A DNA stretch of 64,000 bases from contig JBHLLG010000003.1 in the NCBI GenBank assembly GCA_048885925.1, positions 23,727 through 87,726 on the forward strand, given 5' to 3'. How positions within the stretch are numbered: the first letter of the stretch is position 1; each line of letters begins with the position of its first letter. Shown one piece after another: positions 28,881 through 37,409 of this stretch. Under the pieces are notes generated by a model that made no database searches, was not told the DNA's origin, and worked only from the letters and a program-made list of their open reading frames with translations. The position numbers and the translations under genes were made by a program. Origin of the DNA: Candidatus Hermodarchaeota archaeon. GTDB lineage: Archaea > Asgardarchaeota > Lokiarchaeia > Sigyniarchaeales > SOKP01.

Positions 28881-31289
28881 TTAAATGAAGCATGATAAAT
28901 CTGTTTGAAGCGATTTCTTATTATAATCTAAAGTTAATAATTCTTCAAGCTCAGGGAACTTAAAAGGAAAGATGTTTTCAAAAGCTCTTTTTAGAAGTTC
29001 AATGTACTTTCTTTTATCATACTGGTGCTTTTTTGGATTATACAAATCTGAAAGGATAACTTTCTTTTCAGGAAAATTCGGATCCGCATCAGCGTTAAGA
29101 ATAATATATCTCACATTCTTTCCAGCAGACGCTACAATACCTGAGCGTTCTAACTGTCTTGCGGCTACAGCTTGATAAGAATTTACTTTGTATGCTGATG
29201 GCTTTCGGGATATTTTTTGACGGATAGAAAGTTCATCTCTGGATACTTTCCCCGAACAAATTCGTTCTACATATTCATAGAGCTTTTCCATTGCTTGTGG
29301 AATTCTTTCTATAAATTCATTGACGGTTTTTGCACCTTGAAAGACATCAATAAAGGCATATTGAGCATCTTTTACAATTTTGGGTATATCTCTGCGTCTC
29401 ACTTCAATACCTCTCACCTTGACCTCGCCATTGCTTTTTATCCCCCAGTAATGACTAAGGGCTGGTACCTCTGGTTCTGCTCGAGAAGGCAAGAAAACGA
29501 TAACATTGAATCTTCCCTCCCAACTCATAGGAATACTTGTGCTTTTAGATATTTCTTCAGCAATTTTTCTTGTTAATTTCTCAAATTCTTCTGGATTTCT
29601 TCCTTTTTTGTCTTGGATCCACATGGAATCAACAATTCCATGGACAATTTTACAATCATAATTTTTAGCAATCTCGACGGATCTCAATAAAAATTCACGA
29701 GCGAAGGCACAAACTGTTTGATGAGCCTCAATTTTTCCAAAACGGGCGTTTTTAAATCCTAAATATCCAAAACTTACAACAAGTACCCATTTTAATGCAA
29801 TATCGGTAAATTTGTATCGAAGATCGTCATGAGTCTTATTATATGCTTTACACTCTAAACGCTTTCTTAATGGTAAACTAATTGATTTCGAAATAATCCC
29901 CTCTCTTTTCGAACAAATATGAAAATCTAGACCAGGTACTTTAATCCCTGTACCATCATCTTTACAGCATTTGCAATTAATCGTTTCTGAAGAAATATTA
30001 AAGTTAGCCATTAGGGAGGGATACATTGAGGAAAAGTCTAACTCTATCACTTGATCAAAAACACCTATTAATGGTTCAAATATATGCCCACCTCGGTCAT
30101 TTTTGATCAAATCCATTCCACTTCGAAAACCTTCTGGGCTCTTCTTGAAAGGTGGGATAAGGTGATTTAGTTTATAGGCATTATAGTATTGTATCGATTG
30201 AAGAGCGCCCCCGATTGTTACTCTACATAATCTTTGCAATGGAACTCGAGATACTCTTGCAACCTCAATAACACCTGGTATATTTCCCTCGCTAAAGTGT
30301 AAGCTACCGTAAGTTGTTGTGTCTAAATGAAAGCGTCCTGTAAAATAAACTTGTGTTTTGGAACGTCGCATTATTATTCCGTAAGACATATAATGATCAG
30401 AGTTTCCTGAAAGATTGAAGATACACTTTCCGAGTGGCGTTTTTGTGCGAGAAAAATAGAGATCGCTTGATACACGATTCACTGATGCTCGAGCTGCCAA
30501 GTAAGGAAACACAAATTCATCTCCTCCATGTGTTAAAATAATGTCTGGATCTAAACGCTCAATCACTTTACTAATTGATTTGATGGTTTCTGCTTCATCA
30601 GCTTTGTCAATTAGAACTTTTCTTTTTCTCTGTCCATCAGCTCTCGGTATGTTGGCTTTTTCGTCTTTTTCAACAATACTAACTTCCGCACATATCAGCG
30701 GGTCGTTGAAATATGATCTCATTCCATGTTGCTGTATTTTAATATCCAGCCACACAGCTTTTAAAGGTGGTAACTCGTAAAACAATTCTTCGTTGTTGTC
30801 TTTTAGCTCTAATGAAATTAAACGCATTAATTGCCCGTCACCCTTTTTATTCTTTTCAGAATTAACCTTGAAACAACATAAAGACATTGGAAATAAATCA
30901 TTTACATAGAAATACATTTGCGAGATTGGAAGATCCGTATTATATAGAGTAAAAAGACCGATTTCATCTATTTCCTTAATTGTTTTCTTAAATACAGAAG
31001 GTTTTACTACAGAAACTCCTAATATTTTTACTTTTTCATGATCCTCTAACTTCACATATTTTTCACAGATTCGGACATCCTTTACATTGGGGTGTGATTT
31101 GAGAATTTGTCTTAATCTCTTGAAATCGTTACCCGTATGTCTTTTTGGTACTGCAAAAAATTCTGGACAGAATTCATGAAAGATTTTTAAAACCTTTTGT
31201 TCCTTTAAAGTTTTTACCCAAAGGATAACTCCCTTATGATAAGTTGAAACATCTAAAAGCCAGCCATCAAATTGATCTTGATAATCCAA
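28881..31289 (-). CDS. polB: family-B DNA polymerase, divergent (exonuclease and palm motifs degenerate; PolB2/Dpo2-like?)
   Basis: Archaeal PolB N-terminus 'GWLLDV', 'ERLDPDIILTHGGDEFVFPYLAARA', motif A 'DFSSMYPS', 'NISSET' and 'VRGIEVRRRD'. Four canonical motifs are altered. Exo I is 'LDIKI' instead of FDIET. Exo II is 'GGDEFVF' instead of NGDNFDF. Motif B is 'KWVLVVSFGYLG' instead of K...NS.YG. Motif C is 'VHGIVDS' instead of YGDTDS. TTG start. Confidence 0.8.
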   Translation of the reverse strand: MDYQDQFDGWLLDVSTYHKGVILWVKTLKEQKVLKIFHEFCPEFFAVPKRHTGNDFKRLRQILKSHPNVKDVRICEKYVKLEDHEKVKILGVSVVKPSVFKKTIKEIDEIGLFTLYNTDLPISQMYFYVNDLFPMSLCCFKVNSEKNKKGDGQLMRLISLELKDNNEELFYELPPLKAVWLDIKIQQHGMRSYFNDPLICAEVSIVEKDEKANIPRADGQRKRKVLIDKADEAETIKSISKVIERLDPDIILTHGGDEFVFPYLAARASVNRVSSDLYFSRTKTPLGKCIFNLSGNSDHYMSYGIIMRRSKTQVYFTGRFHLDTTTYGSLHFSEGNIPGVIEVARVSRVPLQRLCRVTIGGALQSIQYYNAYKLNHLIPPFKKSPEGFRSGMDLIKNDRGGHIFEPLIGVFDQVIELDFSSMYPSLMANFNISSETINCKCCKDDGTGIKVPGLDFHICSKREGIISKSISLPLRKRLECKAYNKTHDDLRYKFTDIALKWVLVVSFGYLGFKNARFGKIEAHQTVCAFAREFLLRSVEIAKNYDCKIVHGIVDSMWIQDKKGRNPEEFEKLTRKIAEEISKSTSIPMSWEGRFNVIVFLPSRAEPEVPALSHYWGIKSNGEVKVRGIEVRRRDIPKIVKDAQYAFIDVFQGAKTVNEFIERIPQAMEKLYEYVERICSGKVSRDELSIRQKISRKPSAYKVNSYQAVAARQLERSGIVASAGKNVRYIILNADADPNFPEKKVILSDLYNPKKHQYDKRKYIELLKRAFENIFPFKFPELEELLTLDYNKKSLQTDLSCFI

Positions 31290-31292
31290 TCT

Positions 31293-31574
31293 CTAACCTT
31301 TTTCTTCTATCAATTCTTCTAACTTTTTTACCTTCTCCTCTAACTCCTCAATTCTTTTTTCTTGTTCAACTGCAAAGGAGATAAATAAGACTTCTGACAG
31401 CACCGGACGGGCACTCATACTACCTGCATCAGCATGAATTCGAGCGAAGTTCATTAATTTATCAAAAATTTTCTGTTCTTCAGGGCGTAGAGCTCTTTTG
31501 AAGTCTTTCCAGCTTTCGATCTCATGCTCCAAGGCAGGTCGAAAAGAGGGTACCGTTCTTCCCATATCTTTCAC
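31293..31574 (-). CDS. hypothetical 93-aa protein with a C-terminal coiled coil, closely spaced upstream of polB
   Basis: MKDMGRTVPSFRPALEHEIESWKDFKRALRPEEQKIFDKLMNFARIHADAGS..., ending in EELEEKVKKLEELIEEKG. Its TAG stop (31293-31295) lies 3 nt before the polB TTG start. Confidence 0.6.
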   Translation of the reverse strand: MKDMGRTVPSFRPALEHEIESWKDFKRALRPEEQKIFDKLMNFARIHADAGSMSARPVLSEVLFISFAVEQEKRIEELEEKVKKLEELIEEKG

Positions 31575-31688
31575 TTTAATTTAAGGTAAAATCCAAAAAA
31601 GAGAGTATTGCAGTAAATTAAAAAAAAAATACAATACCAGTTTTCTGATTTTTAAATCTAATCATCGTTTAATAGATGATTTTAAAGA

Positions 31689-31829
31689 TTAATTTTCTTT
31701 TCCTTGGCATTCCGGACAAACAATCTCATCAAAATCTTCTAAATCACTTCTCCAGAAAAAAACTTTGCCTTTCCCTTTGCAAATTTTACATTTTTCCACA
31801 TCTCCTTTTGGATATGCGAAATAGCTCAA
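31689..31829 (-). CDS. small zinc-ribbon ORF (46 aa)
   Basis: Hand-translated: (L/M)SYFAYPKGDVEKCKICKGKGKVFFWRSDLEDFDEIVCPECQGKEN. It has a CxxCxGxG...CxxC pattern. Possible starts are TTG or an internal GTG only. Below the ORF-track cut-off. Confidence 0.3.
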   Translation of the reverse strand: MSYFAYPKGDVEKCKICKGKGKVFFWRSDLEDFDEIVCPECQGKEN

Positions 31830-32006
31830 GTTTTAAATTCACCTTCTAAGGGTAATTATTGGAAAAGATTAATTCCAACAAAATATGGTTAATCTACCTA
31901 TTTAAATGTTTTCATAAAATATGAAACTTGGAAAAATAAATAGAAAGGTTAATAATATCTAAAAATAATACATTAATACTAAAAGAATGAAGAATAGAGA
32001 ACAATT

Positions 32007-32417
32007 ATGAGTAAAGATTTGAAAAAATGGCATGCACCCTGTGGAATTTTCTGCAAAAGATGTCCGGGAGTAAAATCTTTTGGATGTAGGGGATGCAGAG
32101 AGCAAGAAGGTCAAATACGTAAGTTTCCAGTTTGTAAAACCTATAAATGTTGTATAAATAATAGATATGAATTTTGCTATGAATGTGAAGATTTTCCATG
32201 TGAAATGTTAGAACCTATTGTAAATTTTGAAATTTTCACACCACATAATTCCAAAGTATATAATTTGATTATGATAGAAAAGTTAGGGTTAGAAGAATGG
32301 AATAAAATATGTGATGCCAAAACTAATCTTTACTATAATGGTCGCAAGATTCAATACGGTGGAGATCAATTAACTTTAGAAGAAAAAGATCCGAATATGT
32401 ATAAAAAAAAGAATTAA
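32007..32417 (+). CDS. Cys-rich DUF3795-like protein
   Basis: 'PCGIFCKRCPGVKSFGCRGCREQEG....PVCKTYKCCINNRYEFCYECEDFPCEML' matches the DUF3795 cysteine spacing as I recall it. Confidence 0.55.
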   Translation: MSKDLKKWHAPCGIFCKRCPGVKSFGCRGCREQEGQIRKFPVCKTYKCCINNRYEFCYECEDFPCEMLEPIVNFEIFTPHNSKVYNLIMIEKLGLEEWNKICDAKTNLYYNGRKIQYGGDQLTLEEKDPNMYKKKN

Positions 32418-32743
32418 TAACTGAAATACTGAGTGAACGATAAATATTTTGATTTCTATACTTAAGATAGTTCTTTAAATTTAGGAATAAATTAGAAATT
32501 AAGTTAAGAATTTTTAAAAAATAAAGTCTATTTTAAAATTTCGTTATTTCTTTAGATTGGTTAGAACTTATCGAACAAAAATTCTTCTTAGTTCTTGTTA
32601 TTATGCCCAAAGAATCCTTATGATAGTTGTTCTCTCACTCTTAAGGAAAAGATCCTAAATTTGTGCAAAAAAGAAGAAGATTAAGTGTATTATGTTCCTT
32701 TCAATAAAATTTTATATGGATAGATTTTCATATATAATATATT

Positions 32744-33481
32744 ATGGTAGCACCTATTACTTTTCTAAATTTTATAGGTATGGTCTTCGAGATCTTCATA
32801 ATAATCATTGCTGCGGTTTTACTAATACTCATTCTAAAAAAATACTTAATTAAACGCCATAAACTTACTCGATTGCTTTTATTTATTTTTATAAATTATT
32901 TTATTGCAATTGTTTTTTCTTGGATCTCAAAAGTTTTTGTAGTTTTTCAGATAAATATAACTCAAGATGGCTCTATAACTGCTTCGATATATAATTTAAT
33001 ATCAGATTTTAGATTAAGTGAATTTTTTGTTGTAATTGCCATCTTTCTATCGTATATATTAAAGGTAAATGTTTTTGAAAAGGGATATATTAAGTTACAA
33101 AAATATATCGTGATAATTTATGGGATATTTAGTTGCGCTTACGTATTATTCATCTATGAAGACGGTAATACATTATTAGACATTATTGCCTTCTTGATTG
33201 TCTTTATATACATGGTTATGGTATATGCCCCTTTTCTACGAAGATCAATAGAATCTTATCGTGCTGTGGAGGAGAAAACTTATAAACAAGCATTTTTATC
33301 CTTAGCAATCATGTCAGTCAGCTTTATGTTGATATTTCTTAATTTTGCTGTCGATCGATTATTAATCTTTTTAGGAAGCCTTGGATTTACCGTCTTTTAT
33401 TTTCTAGCGTGGAGTTTTGCTATTGTAGGTATTTTTGGATCATACTATGGTTATGTTAGACCAAAGGCTAGTAAGGAGTAA
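32744..33481 (+). CDS. hypothetical seven-TM membrane protein
   Basis: 245 aa. By eye there are 7 hydrophobic segments with K/R-rich loops (KKYLIKRHK, RRSIESYR). No family recognised. Confidence 0.5.
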   Translation: MVAPITFLNFIGMVFEIFIIIIAAVLLILILKKYLIKRHKLTRLLLFIFINYFIAIVFSWISKVFVVFQINITQDGSITASIYNLISDFRLSEFFVVIAIFLSYILKVNVFEKGYIKLQKYIVIIYGIFSCAYVLFIYEDGNTLLDIIAFLIVFIYMVMVYAPFLRRSIESYRAVEEKTYKQAFLSLAIMSVSFMLIFLNFAVDRLLIFLGSLGFTVFYFLAWSFAIVGIFGSYYGYVRPKASKE

Positions 33482-33573
33482 TCATTAAATTTTTAAAAAC
33501 TAAACATTAAATATTTTATAAATATTTTTATTTATTCACTAGAACATTAGAAATATGTTAAGCTGTGATTTAG

Positions 33574-33987
33574 ATGGAAAAGATAATACAAGATATATGG
33601 ATACTAAATGATGCTGGTGCGGTTCTATTTAACCGTGTTTTTGAAAAAAAAATTGATGAACAATTAATTGGAGCTTTGATGTCAGCATTGAATCTATTAG
33701 CAGAAGAATTAGAAAGAGGAGGCTTATCTAATTTTCAGCTTAAAGAAAAAAAATATTTTATTATGAAACAACATGGAATATCTTTTATAGTTAATTCCTC
33801 AAAAAAGACTAAAGAGAAAAAAGTTAATGAAGAATTGAAAAGTATAGTAAATAAGTTCTTCAATTTATATCCAAAAGAGATGCTTAATACTTGGGACAAT
33901 GATATAAGTATATTTTCTGATTTCGAAAAGCATATTGAAGATAGTTTACAAGATACTATAGATAAATTTGAAAAAGCTTTTTGGTAA
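33574..33987 (+). CDS. small cytosolic protein with a longin/roadblock-like pattern
   Basis: The inferred secondary-structure order is beta-beta-alpha-beta-beta-alpha. The segments are IQDIWILND / GAVLFNRVF / DEQLIGALMSALNLLAEELE / LSNFQLKEKKYFIMKQ / GISFIVNS / helix. This is fold-level inference only. Confidence 0.35.
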   Translation: MEKIIQDIWILNDAGAVLFNRVFEKKIDEQLIGALMSALNLLAEELERGGLSNFQLKEKKYFIMKQHGISFIVNSSKKTKEKKVNEELKSIVNKFFNLYPKEMLNTWDNDISIFSDFEKHIEDSLQDTIDKFEKAFW

Positions 33988-33991
33988 TATT

Positions 33992-34741
33992 TTAAAACCA
34001 CACGTCAAGAGTCATATTTCGTAAGGGTACCTTTTTCTTAGGTTTACGAAGTTTCCACTTTTTCAGCCTATTTTCTGGTAAGTAAGGATGTTGAACAAGC
34101 GTATATTCGACATATCTCTCATCATCATTTATCATTACCAGCACATTTCCAAAATGAGAAAGAATTTTACCTCCTTTTGGTCTGAAGAGGGAATGTTCAT
34201 GTAAGGGTGCCGTTATTATAATGAGAGGTTTTGTTTTCCAGAGCATCTGTTTAATTCCATCTATCGCCCTTAGCAATTCTTCGAAAGTTTGCTTTTCATA
34301 GCCTTCAAATAGAGTTGTAATCCCAGAGATAAGTACAACTTTCACATCTTCAAGCATTGAAAGCTTATTCTCCAGAATCTCAATTATTTGGTCAAAAGTA
34401 AAGGCTCGTGAAATAAGGATGTTTTCTAACGCCATACGAGGGGACAGGTTTTGAGTGACTGCAAATTTGCTTACGTTGTAAGGGTTAAAATGATTATTTC
34501 CATCGATAAAGGCAACTCTAATACCCTCTCCAAGTCCTCCATTGTCAAACGCTTTTTGAACGATAACTGCCGTTGTTAATAAGATATTAGTTGTTAATTT
34601 CTTATCTCCATAAAGTAAATAGACTAAATCTCTGTGGAATCCGCCAGAAAGCAACTTATTGAGAGTCTTATCTCCGCTAGAAATGAGGTGCGAATGATTG
34701 TTTCTTTCATGTACCGTGAATCCAGAATCAAACGTCATCAT
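33992..34741 (-). CDS. RecA/RadA-superfamily paralog with a degenerate Walker A motif
   Basis: It is collinear with the RadA/RadB core. Matching motifs are 'SSGDKTLNKLLSGGF', 'GGLGEGIRVAFIDGNNHFNP', 'LENILISRAFTFDQ', 'VKVVLISGITTLF', 'PKGGKILSHFGNV' and 'HPYLPE'. The P-loop position reads 'LLYGDKKLTTN' instead of G..G.GKT. Confidence 0.5.
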   Translation of the reverse strand: MMTFDSGFTVHERNNHSHLISSGDKTLNKLLSGGFHRDLVYLLYGDKKLTTNILLTTAVIVQKAFDNGGLGEGIRVAFIDGNNHFNPYNVSKFAVTQNLSPRMALENILISRAFTFDQIIEILENKLSMLEDVKVVLISGITTLFEGYEKQTFEELLRAIDGIKQMLWKTKPLIIITAPLHEHSLFRPKGGKILSHFGNVLVMINDDERYVEYTLVQHPYLPENRLKKWKLRKPKKKVPLRNMTLDVWF

Positions 34742-34822
34742 ATGAAGTAACTATTCTTCAAAATAAAACAAAGATACACCGACAATTTTCTGAAATAAAT
34801 CCAATTTCTCCATAAGACAATT

Positions 34823-34877
34823 AGATAGTTTCATTTTTCAAGAATAAATGTTCTTTTAAAAGTAAGATAGTTTCATT
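34823..34877. promoter_or_regulatory. pair of 13-nt direct repeats (AGATAGTTTCATT) in a divergent intergenic region
   Basis: Exact copies at 34823-34835 and 34865-34877 (42-nt period). They lie between the RadA-paralog start (34741, minus strand) and the CoA-ligase start (35077, plus strand). Confidence 0.3.
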
Positions 34878-35076
34878 GAGACAGAGAGGTAATTGAAAGT
34901 AAAAATGAAGAAGAAAAAGATTCAGTTAAGAATGAATTAACTTTAAAAATGATATTACTTTTGATTTAAAATTATTCAACATGGTTTATAAGCAAAATTA
35001 AACTTTATAATAAATCGCACCTAATAAAGTATAATCATCTTGAAAATTTAATCAAATAATAAACCAATGCGAGAAA

Positions 35077-36792
35077 ATGTCAAAACGATATAAAGAAAGG
35101 TTCTGGAAAGCAAAGTATGATCCAGGAATAGGTGATTTGGATCCGAAAGAGTTTGAAACTTCTTTTACTGAAACTATAAGAAAAACTTTCAATGAGCTTC
35201 CTGAAAAATTAGCTCTTGGATTTTACGGAACAGAAATTCCATATGGAGAATTAGACAAGTTATCAAACGAATTTTCCCATATGTTGATAGAAAATGGATT
35301 TAAAAAAGGAGATGTATTAGGAATAGCATTGGTAAATATTCCTGAATACGTGATCGGATTTCTAGGAGCAATGAAGGCTGGAGTCATCGTTTCAGGAGTT
35401 TCCCCACTTCTTTCAGCTGTGCAACTTGAATATCAGTTGAATGATTTAGGAACTGGTGGAAAACAAGTTGCACTTCTTACTTTAGATGCAGTCTTTGCGG
35501 GTCATATTACCAAAATTTATACGAAAATTCCATCATTAAAGCTTGTTATAACAACCTCGGTTGGTGGATTCATGCCGAAGATGTTAGCAAAACTGGGAAA
35601 ATTGGCTGGAAAAATACCAAAAGGGAAGGTTACTCCATTAGAAGGTATTACCGTACTTGAATATCATAAGCATATTAAAGGAAAATATTCTGATAAATTA
35701 CCTGATGTTAAAATAGATCCGAAGGATATAGCATTTATTCAATATACTGGTGGTACAACGGGTCCTCCAAAAGGAGCAATGCTGAGTCATCGAAATTTCG
35801 TTGCAGATATAAAAATATTTCAACATTGGCTTAGTTGGGAGTTTGGAACGGGTTTTGGATTATCAGGATTTCCATTTTTTCATATAGCAGGATTATTTAC
35901 ATGTTCAAATGTTATAATGCTAGGGTGGAGTCAAGTTTTAATCCCAAATCCAAGAGATACAGGTCATATAATTAAAGAAATGTTAAAATATAGACCAACA
36001 GTTTTAGCAAACGTTCCCACATTGTATCAAATGATAATTAAGGATCCAAAATTCAAAAAAATTGATAAAGATATGATAGATTATGCCATTTCTGCAGCAG
36101 CTCCTTTCCCAAAAGAATCACAGGAAATTTTTGAAGGAGTCATCGGTAAAGGAAAAATAATTGAGCTCTACGGGATGACTGAAACTTCTCCATTAACAGT
36201 TGGCAATCCATCAAGAGGAAAGAAAAAATTAGGACATGTTGGTTTACCATTCCCTAATGTAGAGTTCAAATTAGTAGAACCTGACAGTGGTAAAACAGTA
36301 GATTTAGGTGAACCAGGAGAAATCTGTGTGAAAGGTCCGATGGTTATGGTAGGTTATCATAATAAACCAGAAGAAACGAAAAAAGCAATTGATTCTGATG
36401 GATTTATGCATACTGGAGATATTGGAATAATGGATGAAGAAGGGTATGTAAGAATCGCAGATCGAACCAAAGATATGATTATTGTAGGAGGTTATAAAGT
36501 ATTCTCAACAAAAGTAGAAGATACATTGACTAAACATCCTGCAATTGGAATGGTTGCAATAATCGGGTTACCAAATCCTGAAAGACCAGGATCTGAACTT
36601 GTCAAAGCTGTCATACAACTTGATCCAGATTATCAATATGATGGAAATGAAGAAGCATTAAAGGAAGATATAACCGCGTTTGCTAAAAAAGAATGTGCCC
36701 CATATGAAGTACCAAAGATTATAGAAATAGCGGCCGAGTTGCCACTTACAACAGTAGGTAAAGTAGATAAGAAGCTCTTGAGGGATCGTTAA
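35077..36792 (+). CDS. AMP-forming acyl-CoA synthetase (ANL superfamily), second paralog
   Basis: 'IQYTGGTTGPPKGAMLSH', 'LYGMTE', 'TGDIGIMDEEGYVRIADRTKD' and the C-terminal 'GKVDKKLL'. Confidence 0.85.
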   Translation: MSKRYKERFWKAKYDPGIGDLDPKEFETSFTETIRKTFNELPEKLALGFYGTEIPYGELDKLSNEFSHMLIENGFKKGDVLGIALVNIPEYVIGFLGAMKAGVIVSGVSPLLSAVQLEYQLNDLGTGGKQVALLTLDAVFAGHITKIYTKIPSLKLVITTSVGGFMPKMLAKLGKLAGKIPKGKVTPLEGITVLEYHKHIKGKYSDKLPDVKIDPKDIAFIQYTGGTTGPPKGAMLSHRNFVADIKIFQHWLSWEFGTGFGLSGFPFFHIAGLFTCSNVIMLGWSQVLIPNPRDTGHIIKEMLKYRPTVLANVPTLYQMIIKDPKFKKIDKDMIDYAISAAAPFPKESQEIFEGVIGKGKIIELYGMTETSPLTVGNPSRGKKKLGHVGLPFPNVEFKLVEPDSGKTVDLGEPGEICVKGPMVMVGYHNKPEETKKAIDSDGFMHTGDIGIMDEEGYVRIADRTKDMIIVGGYKVFSTKVEDTLTKHPAIGMVAIIGLPNPERPGSELVKAVIQLDPDYQYDGNEEALKEDITAFAKKECAPYEVPKIIEIAAELPLTTVGKVDKKLLRDR

Positions 36793-36906
36793 ATAAATCA
36801 GTCCGAAATATTTATAAACTTGAAAAGAGAAAAGGTCAAATAAATTTATTAAAATTTAATCTCTTATTATTTTTTTTTATTTATATAATAATGTATAGTT
36901 TATTCT

Positions 36907-37368
36907 TTAACTTAATTTTACAACTTCAATATTGGAACTTTTTAAAAGATCTACTTTTACGATATTTTCCATGTCGTATCCTTCCTTGTAAATTAAACGC
37001 TTAATTTTAGCATTAATAATTAGTTTTAAACAACTCATACAGGGAAATGTTGTAGTATAAAGGGAAGTATTACCATCTATTGCTGTTCCGTGAAGTGCTG
37101 CTTGAATAACGCAATTAATTTCTGCATGGACACCTCTACATAATTCTGGTTTGTCACCAGGCTTAAGATGCTTCCGAACACAAGTATCTAAAGTACAATG
37201 AGATATACCCGATGGAGCACCATTGTATCCCGTTGATAAAATATGATTATCTTTAACAAGTACAGCTCCAACATTCCTTCTAATGCAAGTTGATCTCATG
37301 GAGATCACTTCTGCTATTTTCATAAAGTAATCATCCTTTGAAATTCTTTTTCTCATAGATTTACCCAT
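36907..37368 (-). CDS. dCMP / cytidine-deoxycytidylate deaminase family protein
   Basis: Zinc-binding motifs 'HAEINCV' and 'PCMSCLKLI', with 'GYNGAP' upstream. The 153-aa size is typical of ComEB/dCMP deaminase. Confidence 0.85.
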   Translation of the reverse strand: MGKSMRKRISKDDYFMKIAEVISMRSTCIRRNVGAVLVKDNHILSTGYNGAPSGISHCTLDTCVRKHLKPGDKPELCRGVHAEINCVIQAALHGTAIDGNTSLYTTTFPCMSCLKLIINAKIKRLIYKEGYDMENIVKVDLLKSSNIEVVKLS

Positions 37369-37409
37369 TTCTAATAATCACTCTATATAAGTTAAAAGAT
37401 TTTAGAATA

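Noticed and set aside
25830-34001. Antisense or nested ORFs 25830-26018, 27130-27360, 28972-29175, 29217-29576, 30541-30780, 32005-32199 and 33735-34001
   Set aside because: They are shadow ORFs opposite GH20-like, PolB, DUF3795-like and the longin-like gene. The partner ORFs carry recognisable motifs and these do not.
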